64,000 nt of DNA from positions 4,803 to 68,802 of the forward strand of contig CAZMHH010000007.1 in the NCBI GenBank assembly GCA_964566035.1, given 5' to 3'. Of this stretch, positions 41,543 to 52,349 are shown one piece after another. Each line of letters starts with the position of its first letter. The first letter of the stretch is position 1. A model generated the notes under the pieces. The model saw only the letters and a list, made by a program, of their open reading frames with translations. It searched no databases and was not told where the DNA came from. The position numbers were made by a program, and so were the translations under genes. Source of the DNA: an uncultured Thermodesulfobacteriota bacterium (lineage in GTDB: Bacteria; Desulfobacterota; WTBG01; CAIYCZ01; CAIRTM01).

Positions 41543-42352
41543 ATGATACCGTTAATAAAATTCGATGCCGGAGAGATCATTCTTAAAGAGAATGAGATTG
41601 GTGAAGCAGCCTATATAATAGTTGAAGGCGAAGTAGGTATATTTAAAGACTGGTCCGGGAAAAAGATTCGTATTGGAAAGCTGGGTTCAGGAGAGACCGT
41701 GGGCGAAATGAGCATGGTTGATGAAAAGCCCATAAGCGCAACAGTTGTAGCTTCAATGCCTACAACAGTTCAGAAGATACATCGGGATGAATTTTTAGGG
41801 GCGCTTAAAACAGATCCAAACCTCACTATTAAAATCCTGAAAAACTTATTTGAAAGGCTTAGAGAGGCTAATGCTACCATAGCAAGGCTCCAGACAGTTG
41901 AAAAGAAAAGTCAGGATACTGTGGATGCCTTGCCTGTAAGGACAGAGGCAATACCCGAACACAGAAAAGATAAACCCCATTCATATATTGCACTTGAAGG
42001 TATAACCTCAAGCAGTCAGAATTCACTGCCTGTCAGTCCTTTCGTTATAAAAACATTTCCTTTTCTTATCGGACGTGAGAATCCGGATCCTCTTTCAAAT
42101 AATGATATGATGATTCCTGATTCTCCCCCCTATCAGGTATCAAGACATCACGTTAAAATTATTTTACAGAATGGTCAAATCGGAATATGCGACCGGGGCA
42201 GCACTCTGGGTTCAATTGTTGATGGCATACATGTAGGAGGGAGCAGCAACAACCCTGGACCGGTGTTTTTTCAGGAGAAGGGAAGTCTGCTGATTCTGGG
42301 AAATCAGAGATCTCCTTATAAATACAGAGTTTCCGTATTTACTTCTGTATAA
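41543..42352 (+). CDS. cyclic-nucleotide-binding domain + FHA domain fusion protein
   Basis: cNMP-binding 'GEAAYIIVEGEVGIF...GETVGEMSMVDEKPISATVVA' in the N-terminal half. FHA-like 'FLIGRENPD...SRHHVKIILQNGQIGICDRGSTLGSIVDG' in the C-terminal half. Confidence 0.65.
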   Translation: MIPLIKFDAGEIILKENEIGEAAYIIVEGEVGIFKDWSGKKIRIGKLGSGETVGEMSMVDEKPISATVVASMPTTVQKIHRDEFLGALKTDPNLTIKILKNLFERLREANATIARLQTVEKKSQDTVDALPVRTEAIPEHRKDKPHSYIALEGITSSSQNSLPVSPFVIKTFPFLIGRENPDPLSNNDMMIPDSPPYQVSRHHVKIILQNGQIGICDRGSTLGSIVDGIHVGGSSNNPGPVFFQEKGSLLILGNQRSPYKYRVSVFTSV

Positions 42353-42518
42353 GCTCTGGATACTGTTTAATAAGTTTTACATTGATGACCGGGGCTCCTT
42401 TTTAAGGAGATCCTTTCCTCGCTGGCACCGGCCAATTCAAAAGACCCGTTTTTGTAAAAACATAATTAAAAAATTGATTGATAGCTTTTTTACACATAAA
42501 TAAAGGCGGTTTAAAATC

Positions 42519-43322
42519 ATGAAGCATAATTTTGACAGATTTAATGGAAAAACTGCTGTTATCACAGGATCCGGAAGCGGTATAGGAAGAGAAATAGCCG
42601 TAAGGTTAGCAGAAGAAGGGTGTAATGTGGTTATAAGCGATATCAGTAAACATGACAGCCTTCAAACCGAGAAGATGATAAAGCAGAATGGAAAACAGTG
42701 CGTCACATTTTATGGAGATGTTGGGGATGAAAAATATCTGCATGAACTTTTTGAAAAGTCTATCAATCATTTCAAATCGATAGAAATACTTGTGAACAAT
42801 GCAGGTATAGGAGACACGGGTAAAAGCTTTGATGAAATTGACGCTCAACTTTGGGACAGAATTTATAATGTAAATGTTAAGGCTGCTTTTATTCTTTCAA
42901 AACTCATTGCAAAACAGATGATAGATGGAAATTTAAAAGGGCGAATAATAAATATAGCTTCAACAGAAGGCAAAACAAACAGAAGCGGTACTATTGCATA
43001 TTCCTCATCAAAAAGTGCCTTAATAAGCCTTTCACAAGGGCTGGCATTTCAGCTTGCCCCTTATGAGATAACAGTAAATGCAGTTTGCCCGGGGCTTATT
43101 GATACACCAATATGGCACAGATCAGACAGAGATTTAAACCTTGCAGAGGGAAGCACTGTTAAAATGGTGGCAGATGCAGCAATAGAGTCAAGGCAGTTAA
43201 AGATAATGAGAATAGGTCTGCCTGAAGAGATAGCTTCAACAGTTGCATTTCTTGCATCAGAAGAGGCTTGTTACATTACAGCGCAGGCAATAAATGTTTG
43301 CGGAGGACTGGAAGTCCATTAA
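42519..43322 (+). CDS. short-chain dehydrogenase/reductase (SDR) family oxidoreductase
   Basis: 'AVITGSGSGIGREIA' (TGxxxGxG), 'NNAG' and catalytic 'YSSSKSAL'. Confidence 0.85.
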   Translation: MKHNFDRFNGKTAVITGSGSGIGREIAVRLAEEGCNVVISDISKHDSLQTEKMIKQNGKQCVTFYGDVGDEKYLHELFEKSINHFKSIEILVNNAGIGDTGKSFDEIDAQLWDRIYNVNVKAAFILSKLIAKQMIDGNLKGRIINIASTEGKTNRSGTIAYSSSKSALISLSQGLAFQLAPYEITVNAVCPGLIDTPIWHRSDRDLNLAEGSTVKMVADAAIESRQLKIMRIGLPEEIASTVAFLASEEACYITAQAINVCGGLEVH

Positions 43323-43436
43323 AATTGATGCTATCGAGTCTGAATTTATTATTGACATGCAGCAGAACCAAATGCTATAGTTGCCTCATATGACAATAGG
43401 GAACAGGTTTTTGTAAATAAACAAAAGGAGTCCTAA

Positions 43437-44063
43437 ATGAAAGTCACTATATTTGGTTCAACCGGTGCTACGGGGATTGAAATTGTCAGGCAGGCTCTCG
43501 AACGAGAACATTCGGTGGTAGCCTTTGCCCGTAATCCTGAAAAGATAGATATAAAACATGATAATCTCAGGCTTCATCAGGGTGATATACTGGATTATTC
43601 ATCGGTAGAAAACGCTTTAAAAGGACAAGAGGGTGTAGTGTCTGCCATTGGTGCAGGAGCAAAGCGTACAACTCTGCGAACAGACGGGACTCGTAATATA
43701 GTTAAGGCAATGGAGAATACCGGGGTGAGGCGTCTGGTTAACCAGTCTACAGTCGGTATCGGGGAAAGTCGTAACAATCTGCCTTTTTTATCAAAATATA
43801 TCTTTCTTCCTCTTTTGTTGCAGAACGCAATAACAGATCATGAGGGGCAGGAACAATGTATAATGCAGAGTGGTTTGGACTGGGTTATTGTTCGACCTGC
43901 AGGTCTTACAAAGGGGCCGCGTACCGGCACTTATCAGCATGGAGATTTATCTACTGTAAAAGGATTAAAGTTCAGGATATCACGTGCTGATGTTGCTGAC
44001 TTCATGTTGAATCAACTTCAAAGTGATACTTATTTACACAAAACACCCAGCATATCTTATTGA
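43437..44063 (+). CDS. NAD(P)H-binding atypical SDR (NmrA/BVR-B-like)
   Basis: 'MKVTIFGSTGATGIEIVRQAL...VVAFARNPEK' Rossmann motif without the SDR catalytic tetrad. Confidence 0.75.
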   Translation: MKVTIFGSTGATGIEIVRQALEREHSVVAFARNPEKIDIKHDNLRLHQGDILDYSSVENALKGQEGVVSAIGAGAKRTTLRTDGTRNIVKAMENTGVRRLVNQSTVGIGESRNNLPFLSKYIFLPLLLQNAITDHEGQEQCIMQSGLDWVIVRPAGLTKGPRTGTYQHGDLSTVKGLKFRISRADVADFMLNQLQSDTYLHKTPSISY

Positions 44064-44484
44064 AAAATGACCGGGAGTAAATTGACGTATCGGCGGCCTT
44101 TGACAGCTTATGTCATATTATTATACCTAAATTGAGCGATTTTAAAGTTTTGTAGGCATTCGCAACGGTTTTTAGCTCATTCACGGGCAGGCATCCATGC
44201 CTGTTCTGCCGAGGCATGTCGCACGTTTCACCATCCAGGTGAAACCTTTGTGTGACATGAATCCGCTACAAACCATTGTGAATGCCTTGTTTGACACAAC
44301 ACGTCTGCTCATAATCGCTCAGATTAGGTTATAGTTATATCCAGTTATTCTCAAAACCGTTCCTTTGAAGATATTTTTTTGCAAGTAAGTCCTAAAATCT
44401 TTTCTCTTGAAGATAACAATCCCATTTTTGCTTATGTTCTTGCTGATCCATGATGACTGACTGCTGATTCTCTATAATTTTTTC

Positions 44485-44499
44485 TTGACAACATATTTT

Positions 44500-44512
<13 letters not shown>
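44485..44512 (+). promoter_or_regulatory. consensus sigma70 promoter (TTGACA-16-TATAAT), duplicate of the rrf2 promoter, oriented toward metY
   Basis: TTGACA at 44485-44490 and TATAAT at 44507-44512, followed by an ATCTCTAT...ATAGAGAT inverted repeat. Paralogous to 49599-49650. Confidence 0.4.
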
Positions 44513-46168
<1,656 letters not shown>

Positions 46169-46330
46169 CTGCTGGCTGTTAAGCTGTTGAGCAAGGAGCA
46201 GCTATCAGGTGTCGGCAGTCGGCTGTCAGCAAAAAATAAAAGCTGATAAGCTGATAAGCCGTACAGAAAAGATTATTTACCATTAAATGCAGAAAATAAA
46301 GCTGAAGTTATTAAATAAGAGGATTCATCT

Positions 46331-46792
46331 ATGAATATTGATGAAAAATATCTTGGATTTGTTAAAGCAGTCTGTTTGAGCGATAAAAAAGGGTGCAGAA
46401 AAAAACAGGCTGAATCAGGAACTCTTGTGGAGAATGCAGGGTTTGCAGGTGATGCACACGCTGACGGTTCTACCCACAGGCAGGTAAGCCTTCTTGCAAT
46501 AGAGAGCATAGATAAAATGAGGAAAATGGGGCTTGATGTCAATCCAGGTGATTTTGCTGAAAACTTAACAACAGAAGGCATTGATCTGCTCTCTCTTGCA
46601 ATAGGTGAAAGGATTGGTATTGGCAGCAGTGCAGTTATTGAGGTTACCCAGCACGGAAAAGAATGTCATGCGCCTTGTGCCATTTACAGGCAGGCAGGAA
46701 CCTGCATTATGCCAAGTGAAGGAATATTTGCCCGTGTTGTAAGGGGAGGCAGTGTTAAAAACGGTGATGTAATTGAAAAATACTCCAGATAG
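46331..46792 (+). CDS. MOSC domain-containing protein
   Basis: 153 aa beta-barrel MOSC-like sequence with a conserved Cys near the C-terminus ('GKECHAPC'). Confidence 0.6.
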   Translation: MNIDEKYLGFVKAVCLSDKKGCRKKQAESGTLVENAGFAGDAHADGSTHRQVSLLAIESIDKMRKMGLDVNPGDFAENLTTEGIDLLSLAIGERIGIGSSAVIEVTQHGKECHAPCAIYRQAGTCIMPSEGIFARVVRGGSVKNGDVIEKYSR

Positions 46793-46922
46793 TTAATCCG
46801 GAAAGAGTACTGGAGAAAAATCTTTGAAAACGCTGAAGTCTGTCCCTGTGGTGCAGACAGGTGAATGTCTGGTGTAACACCTTACTGCCAGCATTATTAA
46901 ATGATAAAAGGATTAAGGATAT

Positions 46923-48071
46923 ATGAACAAAAATGTACTTGATATTTCAACAAGACTGGTTCACGGCAGTAAGGGGGGTGACAGTCATACCGGGGCTCTC
47001 AGTTTTCCTATTTATCAGAGCGCCACGTTCAGACATCCCGGACTTAACCAATCCACGGGTTATGATTATACCAGAACCTTAAACCCGACCAGGCAGGAAG
47101 TTGAAGAAACAATTGCTATACTTGAAAATGCAAAAGAGGGGTTTGCTTTTTCAAGCGGAATGGCGGCGGTTTCTGCTCTGCTGGATCTGTTTGCCGCAGG
47201 AGATCATCTCATTGTGTCGGAAGATATCTATGGCGGAACATACCGCTTGTTTGATAAAATATGCAGAAAAAGGGGGGTTGAATTTTCCTATATTGATACC
47301 TGCAGGGTCCGGGATGTCAGGGATGGTATCAGAAAAAATACCAAGGCAATATTTGTTGAAACGCCTTCCAATCCAATGATGAAGGTGACAGATATTTCCG
47401 CTATGGCGCAGATTGCAAAGAACTCCAAAGCGCTTTTGATTGTTGATAATACATTTCTGACCCCCTATTTTCAAAGACCCCTTGAACTTGGGGCGGATAT
47501 TGTTCTGCACAGCGGAACAAAGTTTCTCGGCGGGCATAATGATACCTTAGCGGGTTTTATCGCTGTAAAGGATAGGCAGGCTGCAGAAAAGATAAAATTT
47601 ATTCAGAATTCCGCTGGGGCAGTGCTTGCCCCTTTTGACAGTTGGCTAATTTTGCGGGGGATAAAGACGCTTGGGGTGCGGCTTGAAAAACAGCAGAAAA
47701 ATGCCATGAAAATTGCCCGCTGGCTCAAACGCAGCAAAAGTGTGGAAAAGGTTTATTACACAGGGCTTGAAGAACACAGCGGGTATGAAATTTCAAAAAA
47801 ACAGGCATCAGGGTTCGGATCGATGATATCCTTTACGGTGAAGGATCCAGCCGTAATTGAAAAGCTGCTTGGCAGGGTAAGGGTTTTTTCATTTGCTGAA
47901 AGTCTTGGCGGGGTTGAGAGTCTGATCACCTATCCGGTAAAGCAGACCCATGCAGATATTCCATGGGACCTCAGAAACAAACTGGGTATCAATGAAAAAC
48001 TGATGAGACTTTCTGTCGGGATAGAAGCAGCAGATGATCTTATAGCTGATTTAAAACAGGCGTTGAGGTAA
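46923..48071 (+). CDS. Cys/Met-metabolism PLP-dependent enzyme (cystathionine gamma-synthase/beta-lyase family)
   Basis: 'TRLVHGS...SFPIYQSATF' and 'FAFSSGMAAVSA' fold-type I gamma-family motifs. Confidence 0.85.
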   Translation: MNKNVLDISTRLVHGSKGGDSHTGALSFPIYQSATFRHPGLNQSTGYDYTRTLNPTRQEVEETIAILENAKEGFAFSSGMAAVSALLDLFAAGDHLIVSEDIYGGTYRLFDKICRKRGVEFSYIDTCRVRDVRDGIRKNTKAIFVETPSNPMMKVTDISAMAQIAKNSKALLIVDNTFLTPYFQRPLELGADIVLHSGTKFLGGHNDTLAGFIAVKDRQAAEKIKFIQNSAGAVLAPFDSWLILRGIKTLGVRLEKQQKNAMKIARWLKRSKSVEKVYYTGLEEHSGYEISKKQASGFGSMISFTVKDPAVIEKLLGRVRVFSFAESLGGVESLITYPVKQTHADIPWDLRNKLGINEKLMRLSVGIEAADDLIADLKQALR

Positions 48072-48077
48072 ATATAT

Positions 48078-49220
48078 ATGAAGTTCGGTACAAAACTTAT
48101 TCATGGCAGATATCTGACAGACCCCGGGACAGGGGCGTTAAGCGTGCCTATTTATCAAGTGTCAACCTACCATCAGGATGATGTTGAAAAAAGACAGCCC
48201 TATGATTATTCAAGATCAGGCAATCCCACAAGGAGCGCTCTTGAAGAAGCCATAGCGGCGCTTGAGTCAGGGAAAAGAGGGTTTGCGTTTTCCTCAGGCA
48301 TGGCGGCAACATCATCGGTGCTGTCCATTTTTTCATCAGGAGACCATTTTGTGGTCCGCAGGGATGTCTATGGCGGAACATACAGGGTTCTGACAACCCT
48401 GTTTAACAGGCTGGGCATAGAAACAACCTTTGTGGATACCACAAAGCTGGAAAATATAGCCGGGGCAGTCCGGAAAAATACCCGGGCTGTTTTTCTTGAA
48501 ACCCCGTCAAACCCCCTGCTGAAAATCACCGATCTAAAAGGGGCAATAGCGCTGGCAAAAGATAACGGGGCTCTTGTGATTATTGATAACACCTTTATGA
48601 CGCCCTACCTGCAAAGACCCCTTGAACTCGGGGCAGACATTGTTATCCACAGCGCCACTAAATTTATCGGGGGGCACAGTGATGTGGTCGGCGGGCTTGC
48701 AGCTGTAAAGGATGAAGAGATTGCTGAAAGAATTTATTCGGTGCAGAACGGATTTGGCGCTGTTTTGGGACCGCAGGACTGCTGGCTTTTGCTGAGAGGT
48801 TTGAAAACACTTAAAGTGAGAATGGACTGTCAGCAGAAAAATGCTTTAAAAATCTCTCAATGGCTCGCCACCCTGCCACAGATCAAAGAGGTCTTCTATC
48901 CGGGACTGTTAAACCATCCCGGGCATCAACTTCATGTGTCTCAGGCTGAAGGACCAGGCGCTGTTCTCTCATTTAGAACAGAAGATGCCCCTACAGCCAA
49001 AAGTTTTATGAAAAAGCTTAGTTTTGCAGCAGTGGCAGTAAGCCTCGGCGGGGTTGAAACTATAGTTTCCTATCCTGCAAAAATGTCGCATGCGTCCATA
49101 CCAAAGCCGGAAAGAGAAAAACTCGGTATTACCGATAACCTGATACGGGTGTCTCCGGGGCTTGAAGATGTAGATGATTTAATCAGCGATTTTGAGAAAG
49201 CATTAAACAGCAGTAAATAA
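48078..49220 (+). CDS. second Cys/Met-metabolism PLP-dependent enzyme (cystathionine beta-lyase/gamma-synthase family)
   Basis: Paralogous to the preceding gene: 'TKLIHGR...SVPIYQVSTY', 'FAFSSGMAATSS'. Separated from it by 6 bp. Confidence 0.85.
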   Translation: MKFGTKLIHGRYLTDPGTGALSVPIYQVSTYHQDDVEKRQPYDYSRSGNPTRSALEEAIAALESGKRGFAFSSGMAATSSVLSIFSSGDHFVVRRDVYGGTYRVLTTLFNRLGIETTFVDTTKLENIAGAVRKNTRAVFLETPSNPLLKITDLKGAIALAKDNGALVIIDNTFMTPYLQRPLELGADIVIHSATKFIGGHSDVVGGLAAVKDEEIAERIYSVQNGFGAVLGPQDCWLLLRGLKTLKVRMDCQQKNALKISQWLATLPQIKEVFYPGLLNHPGHQLHVSQAEGPGAVLSFRTEDAPTAKSFMKKLSFAAVAVSLGGVETIVSYPAKMSHASIPKPEREKLGITDNLIRVSPGLEDVDDLISDFEKALNSSK

Positions 49221-49598
49221 AAAGGCAACTTTTGTTTTTGATGGGTTTCAGGATTAGTAACTTAGAAGTTATTTTTTGCATTTACTGGCAAAAAATATTT
49301 CAGTGTAGAGAAATAGCCTTGAAAACAGAAGTCAGAATAAAAAGTGAAAAGCTGCAAGTTACAAGTTTAAGAGTTTAAAAGTTTACCCGCTTTTGCTGAG
49401 AGCTACGATAACGACCACGAAGGGTTTGCTGATAGCTGACAACTGATACCTGACAGCTGCTTTTTGCTATGAGCTACCAGCTACGAGCTAACCCGGACAT
49501 CTTTTTGGTTCCGGCTTGTCCGGGTTAGGGGTCACTCATTAAAGGCTCTCTGTCAAGGCAATAATAGTTTCCCTGAGACAGAAGAATCTTTTTTCTGC

Positions 49599-49626
49599 TT
49601 GACAATGCTGATTTATGAGCTATAAT
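49599..49626 (+). promoter_or_regulatory. consensus sigma70 promoter (TTGACA-16-TATAAT) of the rrf2 gene with a downstream inverted-repeat operator candidate
   Basis: TTGACA at 49599-49604 and TATAAT at 49621-49626. Imperfect palindrome 'ATGTCTAT-N18-ATAGAGAT' lies between the promoter and the start codon. Confidence 0.45.
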
Positions 49627-49669
49627 GTCTATAAAGATAGTAGATTTAATAGAGATGCAGGGAGAAAAG

Positions 49670-50110
49670 ATGAAATTATCAACCAAGGGCAGATACGGGT
49701 TAAGGCTTATGATCGATATTGCCAGACATGGCGGCAGTGAGCCTGTTATCCTGGCAGATATTGCTCAAAGGGAGGAGATGTCTGTAAAATACCTGTGGCA
49801 TCTCATAAACCCCTTAAAAACCGCCGGACTTATACGTTCGGTAAGGGGAGCTCATGGCGGGTATTATATTGCAAAGCCTCTTAATGATATAACGCTTAAA
49901 GATATTGTCTGCGCTCTTGAAGGGTCGATGAGTGTAACCGAATGCGTGGATATGCCTGCAATATGTGATCGTTCCGATGGCTGTATTTCAAGAGAAATAT
50001 GGAAGGATATATCTGATAAAATATCAGGCACACTTGAATCAATCACCCTGCAGAATATTGTTGAAAAAAAGAACAATAAAAAGGGAAAACAGTTTGATTA
50101 TGTGATATAG
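49670..50110 (+). CDS. Rrf2 family transcriptional regulator with Fe-S-type Cys triad (IscR/CymR-like)
   Basis: 'MKLSTKGRYGLRLMIDIARHGG' N-terminal HTH and 'C-x6-C-x5-C' cluster-ligand spacing. GGGAGAAAAG ribosome-binding site before the ATG. Confidence 0.85.
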   Translation: MKLSTKGRYGLRLMIDIARHGGSEPVILADIAQREEMSVKYLWHLINPLKTAGLIRSVRGAHGGYYIAKPLNDITLKDIVCALEGSMSVTECVDMPAICDRSDGCISREIWKDISDKISGTLESITLQNIVEKKNNKKGKQFDYVI

Positions 50111-50198
50111 CAGGGCAGCCGGTAAATATAAAAAAAGTTTCAAGCTGCAAGGGTCAGAAAACAAGGATGATTAATTATAATATATGGGAGTTATGATT

Positions 50199-51122
50199 AT
50201 GGCAAATATTTATAAAGATATTACTGAAACAATAGGCAATACCCCGCTTGTCAGACTTAACCGTATGGGAAAGGATTTGCCGGGGGAAATCGCAGTAAAG
50301 CTGGAGTCTTTCAATCCGCTGTCAAGCGTAAAAGACAGAATCGGGGTTGCAATGATACAGGATGCTGAACAGAAAGGGCTTTTAAAGAAAGATTCGGTTA
50401 TTGTAGAGCCCACCAGCGGAAACACCGGCATTGCGCTTGCTTTTGTAGCTGCAGCAAGGGGATACAAACTGATTCTGACTATGCCCGATACCATGAGCAT
50501 GGAGAGAAGGCAGTTGCTTAAAATATTCGGAGCAGAGCTTGTGCTTACTCCCGGAGCTGAAGGGATGAAGGGCGCTGTGAGGAAGGCGGAAGAGATTACA
50601 GCCGCCACCCCCAACGCCTATATGCCGCAGCAGTTTAAAAATCCGGCAAACCCGGATATTCACAGAAAAACAACAGCTCTGGAAATCTGGAAGGATACAG
50701 ACGGAAGGGTGGATTTCTTTGTATCAGGCGTCGGTACAGGGGGAACAGTAACAGGGGTTGCAGAAATTATAAAGAAGAAAAAAAAAGGTTTTAAGGCAGT
50801 GGCGGTTGAGCCTGAAGCATCACCTGTCCTGTCCGGCGGGCAGCCCGGACCTCACAAAATTCAGGGAATCGGAGCCGGGTTTATCCCCGAAATTGTGAAC
50901 ACGAATATCATTGATGAGATAATAAAAGTATCCAATGACAATTCAGGGGAAACAGCAAGAAGACTTGCAAAAGAAGAGGGTATTCTTGCAGGTATTTCAA
51001 GCGGCGCAGCGCTTTGGGCAGGGCTACAGGTTGCCGCAAGACCTGAGAACAAGGGGAAACTGATTGTAGTACTTCTTCCGGACACGGGAGAACGGTATTT
51101 GTCAACATGGCTGTATAGTTGA
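50199..51122 (+). CDS. cysK: cysteine synthase A (O-acetylserine sulfhydrylase)
   Basis: '[11 protein letters not shown]', PLP-lysine 'SSVKDR', 'GTGGT' and 'SSG' motifs. Confidence 0.9.
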   Translation: MANIYKDITETIGNTPLVRLNRMGKDLPGEIAVKLESFNPLSSVKDRIGVAMIQDAEQKGLLKKDSVIVEPTSGNTGIALAFVAAARGYKLILTMPDTMSMERRQLLKIFGAELVLTPGAEGMKGAVRKAEEITAATPNAYMPQQFKNPANPDIHRKTTALEIWKDTDGRVDFFVSGVGTGGTVTGVAEIIKKKKKGFKAVAVEPEASPVLSGGQPGPHKIQGIGAGFIPEIVNTNIIDEIIKVSNDNSGETARRLAKEEGILAGISSGAALWAGLQVAARPENKGKLIVVLLPDTGERYLSTWLYS

Positions 51123-51201
51123 AAAAAGCTCTCAGTCATCAGCCTTCAGAGGTCAGTAAAACCCGAACCTTAAAACCTTCATATGATCACAGGAGAAAAC
51201 A

Positions 51202-52338
51202 ATGAACGTACTTCAAACCGAATTTGCTCCGGCAGAAAGAGCTGAGATGTCTGTGATCCAGAGACAGGCTGCTGTATTTACCAACCTGGATCCATTGGTT
51301 TTTCTGGCGGATGCAGCAATTGAGTACATACTTGTTTTGAATAATTTTCGGCAGATTGTGTTTGCTAACCTGTCATTTACTGATTTTATTAAAATAGAAA
51401 ACCGGCAGGCTGTTTATGGAAAGAGACCAGGTGAAGCTGTGAACTGTATCAATGCCTGTCTATCTGAAGAGGGATGCGGCACAACCGGTTTCTGCAGGGA
51501 GTGCGGTGCGGCAAACACGATTCTGCAGGCGCTTACCGGCAAACCCGCTATTATGGAATGTCATATCCTGAGAAGACCTGATAAAAATATTGAAGCCATC
51601 GACTGCCTTGCCCATACCACCCCATTCAATTACCGGGGAGAGGATTTCGCGGTTCTCACCTGGACAAATATTAGCGATCAGAACAGAAGAAAGATTCTTG
51701 AAAGGACATTTTTTCATGACATTATGAACATTGCCGGTCCGCTTAAAGGATTTGCTGATCTGCTTATTTCGTCGGAAACGGAGAAAAAAGAAAAATATGC
51801 GGGTTTTATTAAAAACATTTCAGAGCGGCTTTTCGATGAAATTGAAGCACAGCGCAGTCTGCTTGCAGCAGAGAACAATGAACTTGCCATAAATGCGGTA
51901 CAGATCAACTCAAAGGAACTTGCTGCAAGTGTGATTTCCCTGTTTCATGACCATACACTGGCAGGCAACAAATATATTGTGACCCGCGCAGATTTTGAGG
52001 AAATTCAATTCAAATCCGACCGGGCGTTGATACATCGGGTTCTGGTTAATATGTTGAAAAATGCGCTTGAAGCAACAGTAAGTAGCGATACTGTTACCAT
52101 TGGTTGTATAAATAAGCAGGGTAAGGTGCTTTTCAGTGTTCACAATCCGGGAGTTATCCCGAAACACGTTCAAATGCAGATATTCAAACGCTCATTTTCC
52201 ACAAAAGGCAATGGAAGAGGAATCGGCACCTACAGCATGAAATTGCTTTGTGAAAATTATCTGGGGGGAACGGTTTATTTTACCTCTTGCCCTGAAACAG
52301 GAACAACGTTTACCGCTGAGTTTCCTCTTAACTTATAA
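51202..52338 (+). CDS. soluble sensor histidine kinase with Cys-rich N-terminal sensor domain; no cognate response regulator adjacent
   Basis: H-box 'FFHDIMNIAGPLKGFADLL'. HATPase_c N, G1 and G2 boxes: 'VNMLKNALEA', 'GNGRGIGT', 'GGTVYF'. No TM segment. Sensor has 'CINACLSEEGCGTTGFCRECG'. Confidence 0.7.
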   Translation: MNVLQTEFAPAERAEMSVIQRQAAVFTNLDPLVFLADAAIEYILVLNNFRQIVFANLSFTDFIKIENRQAVYGKRPGEAVNCINACLSEEGCGTTGFCRECGAANTILQALTGKPAIMECHILRRPDKNIEAIDCLAHTTPFNYRGEDFAVLTWTNISDQNRRKILERTFFHDIMNIAGPLKGFADLLISSETEKKEKYAGFIKNISERLFDEIEAQRSLLAAENNELAINAVQINSKELAASVISLFHDHTLAGNKYIVTRADFEEIQFKSDRALIHRVLVNMLKNALEATVSSDTVTIGCINKQGKVLFSVHNPGVIPKHVQMQIFKRSFSTKGNGRGIGTYSMKLLCENYLGGTVYFTSCPETGTTFTAEFPLNL

Positions 52339-52349
52339 ACTTTGAAGTC

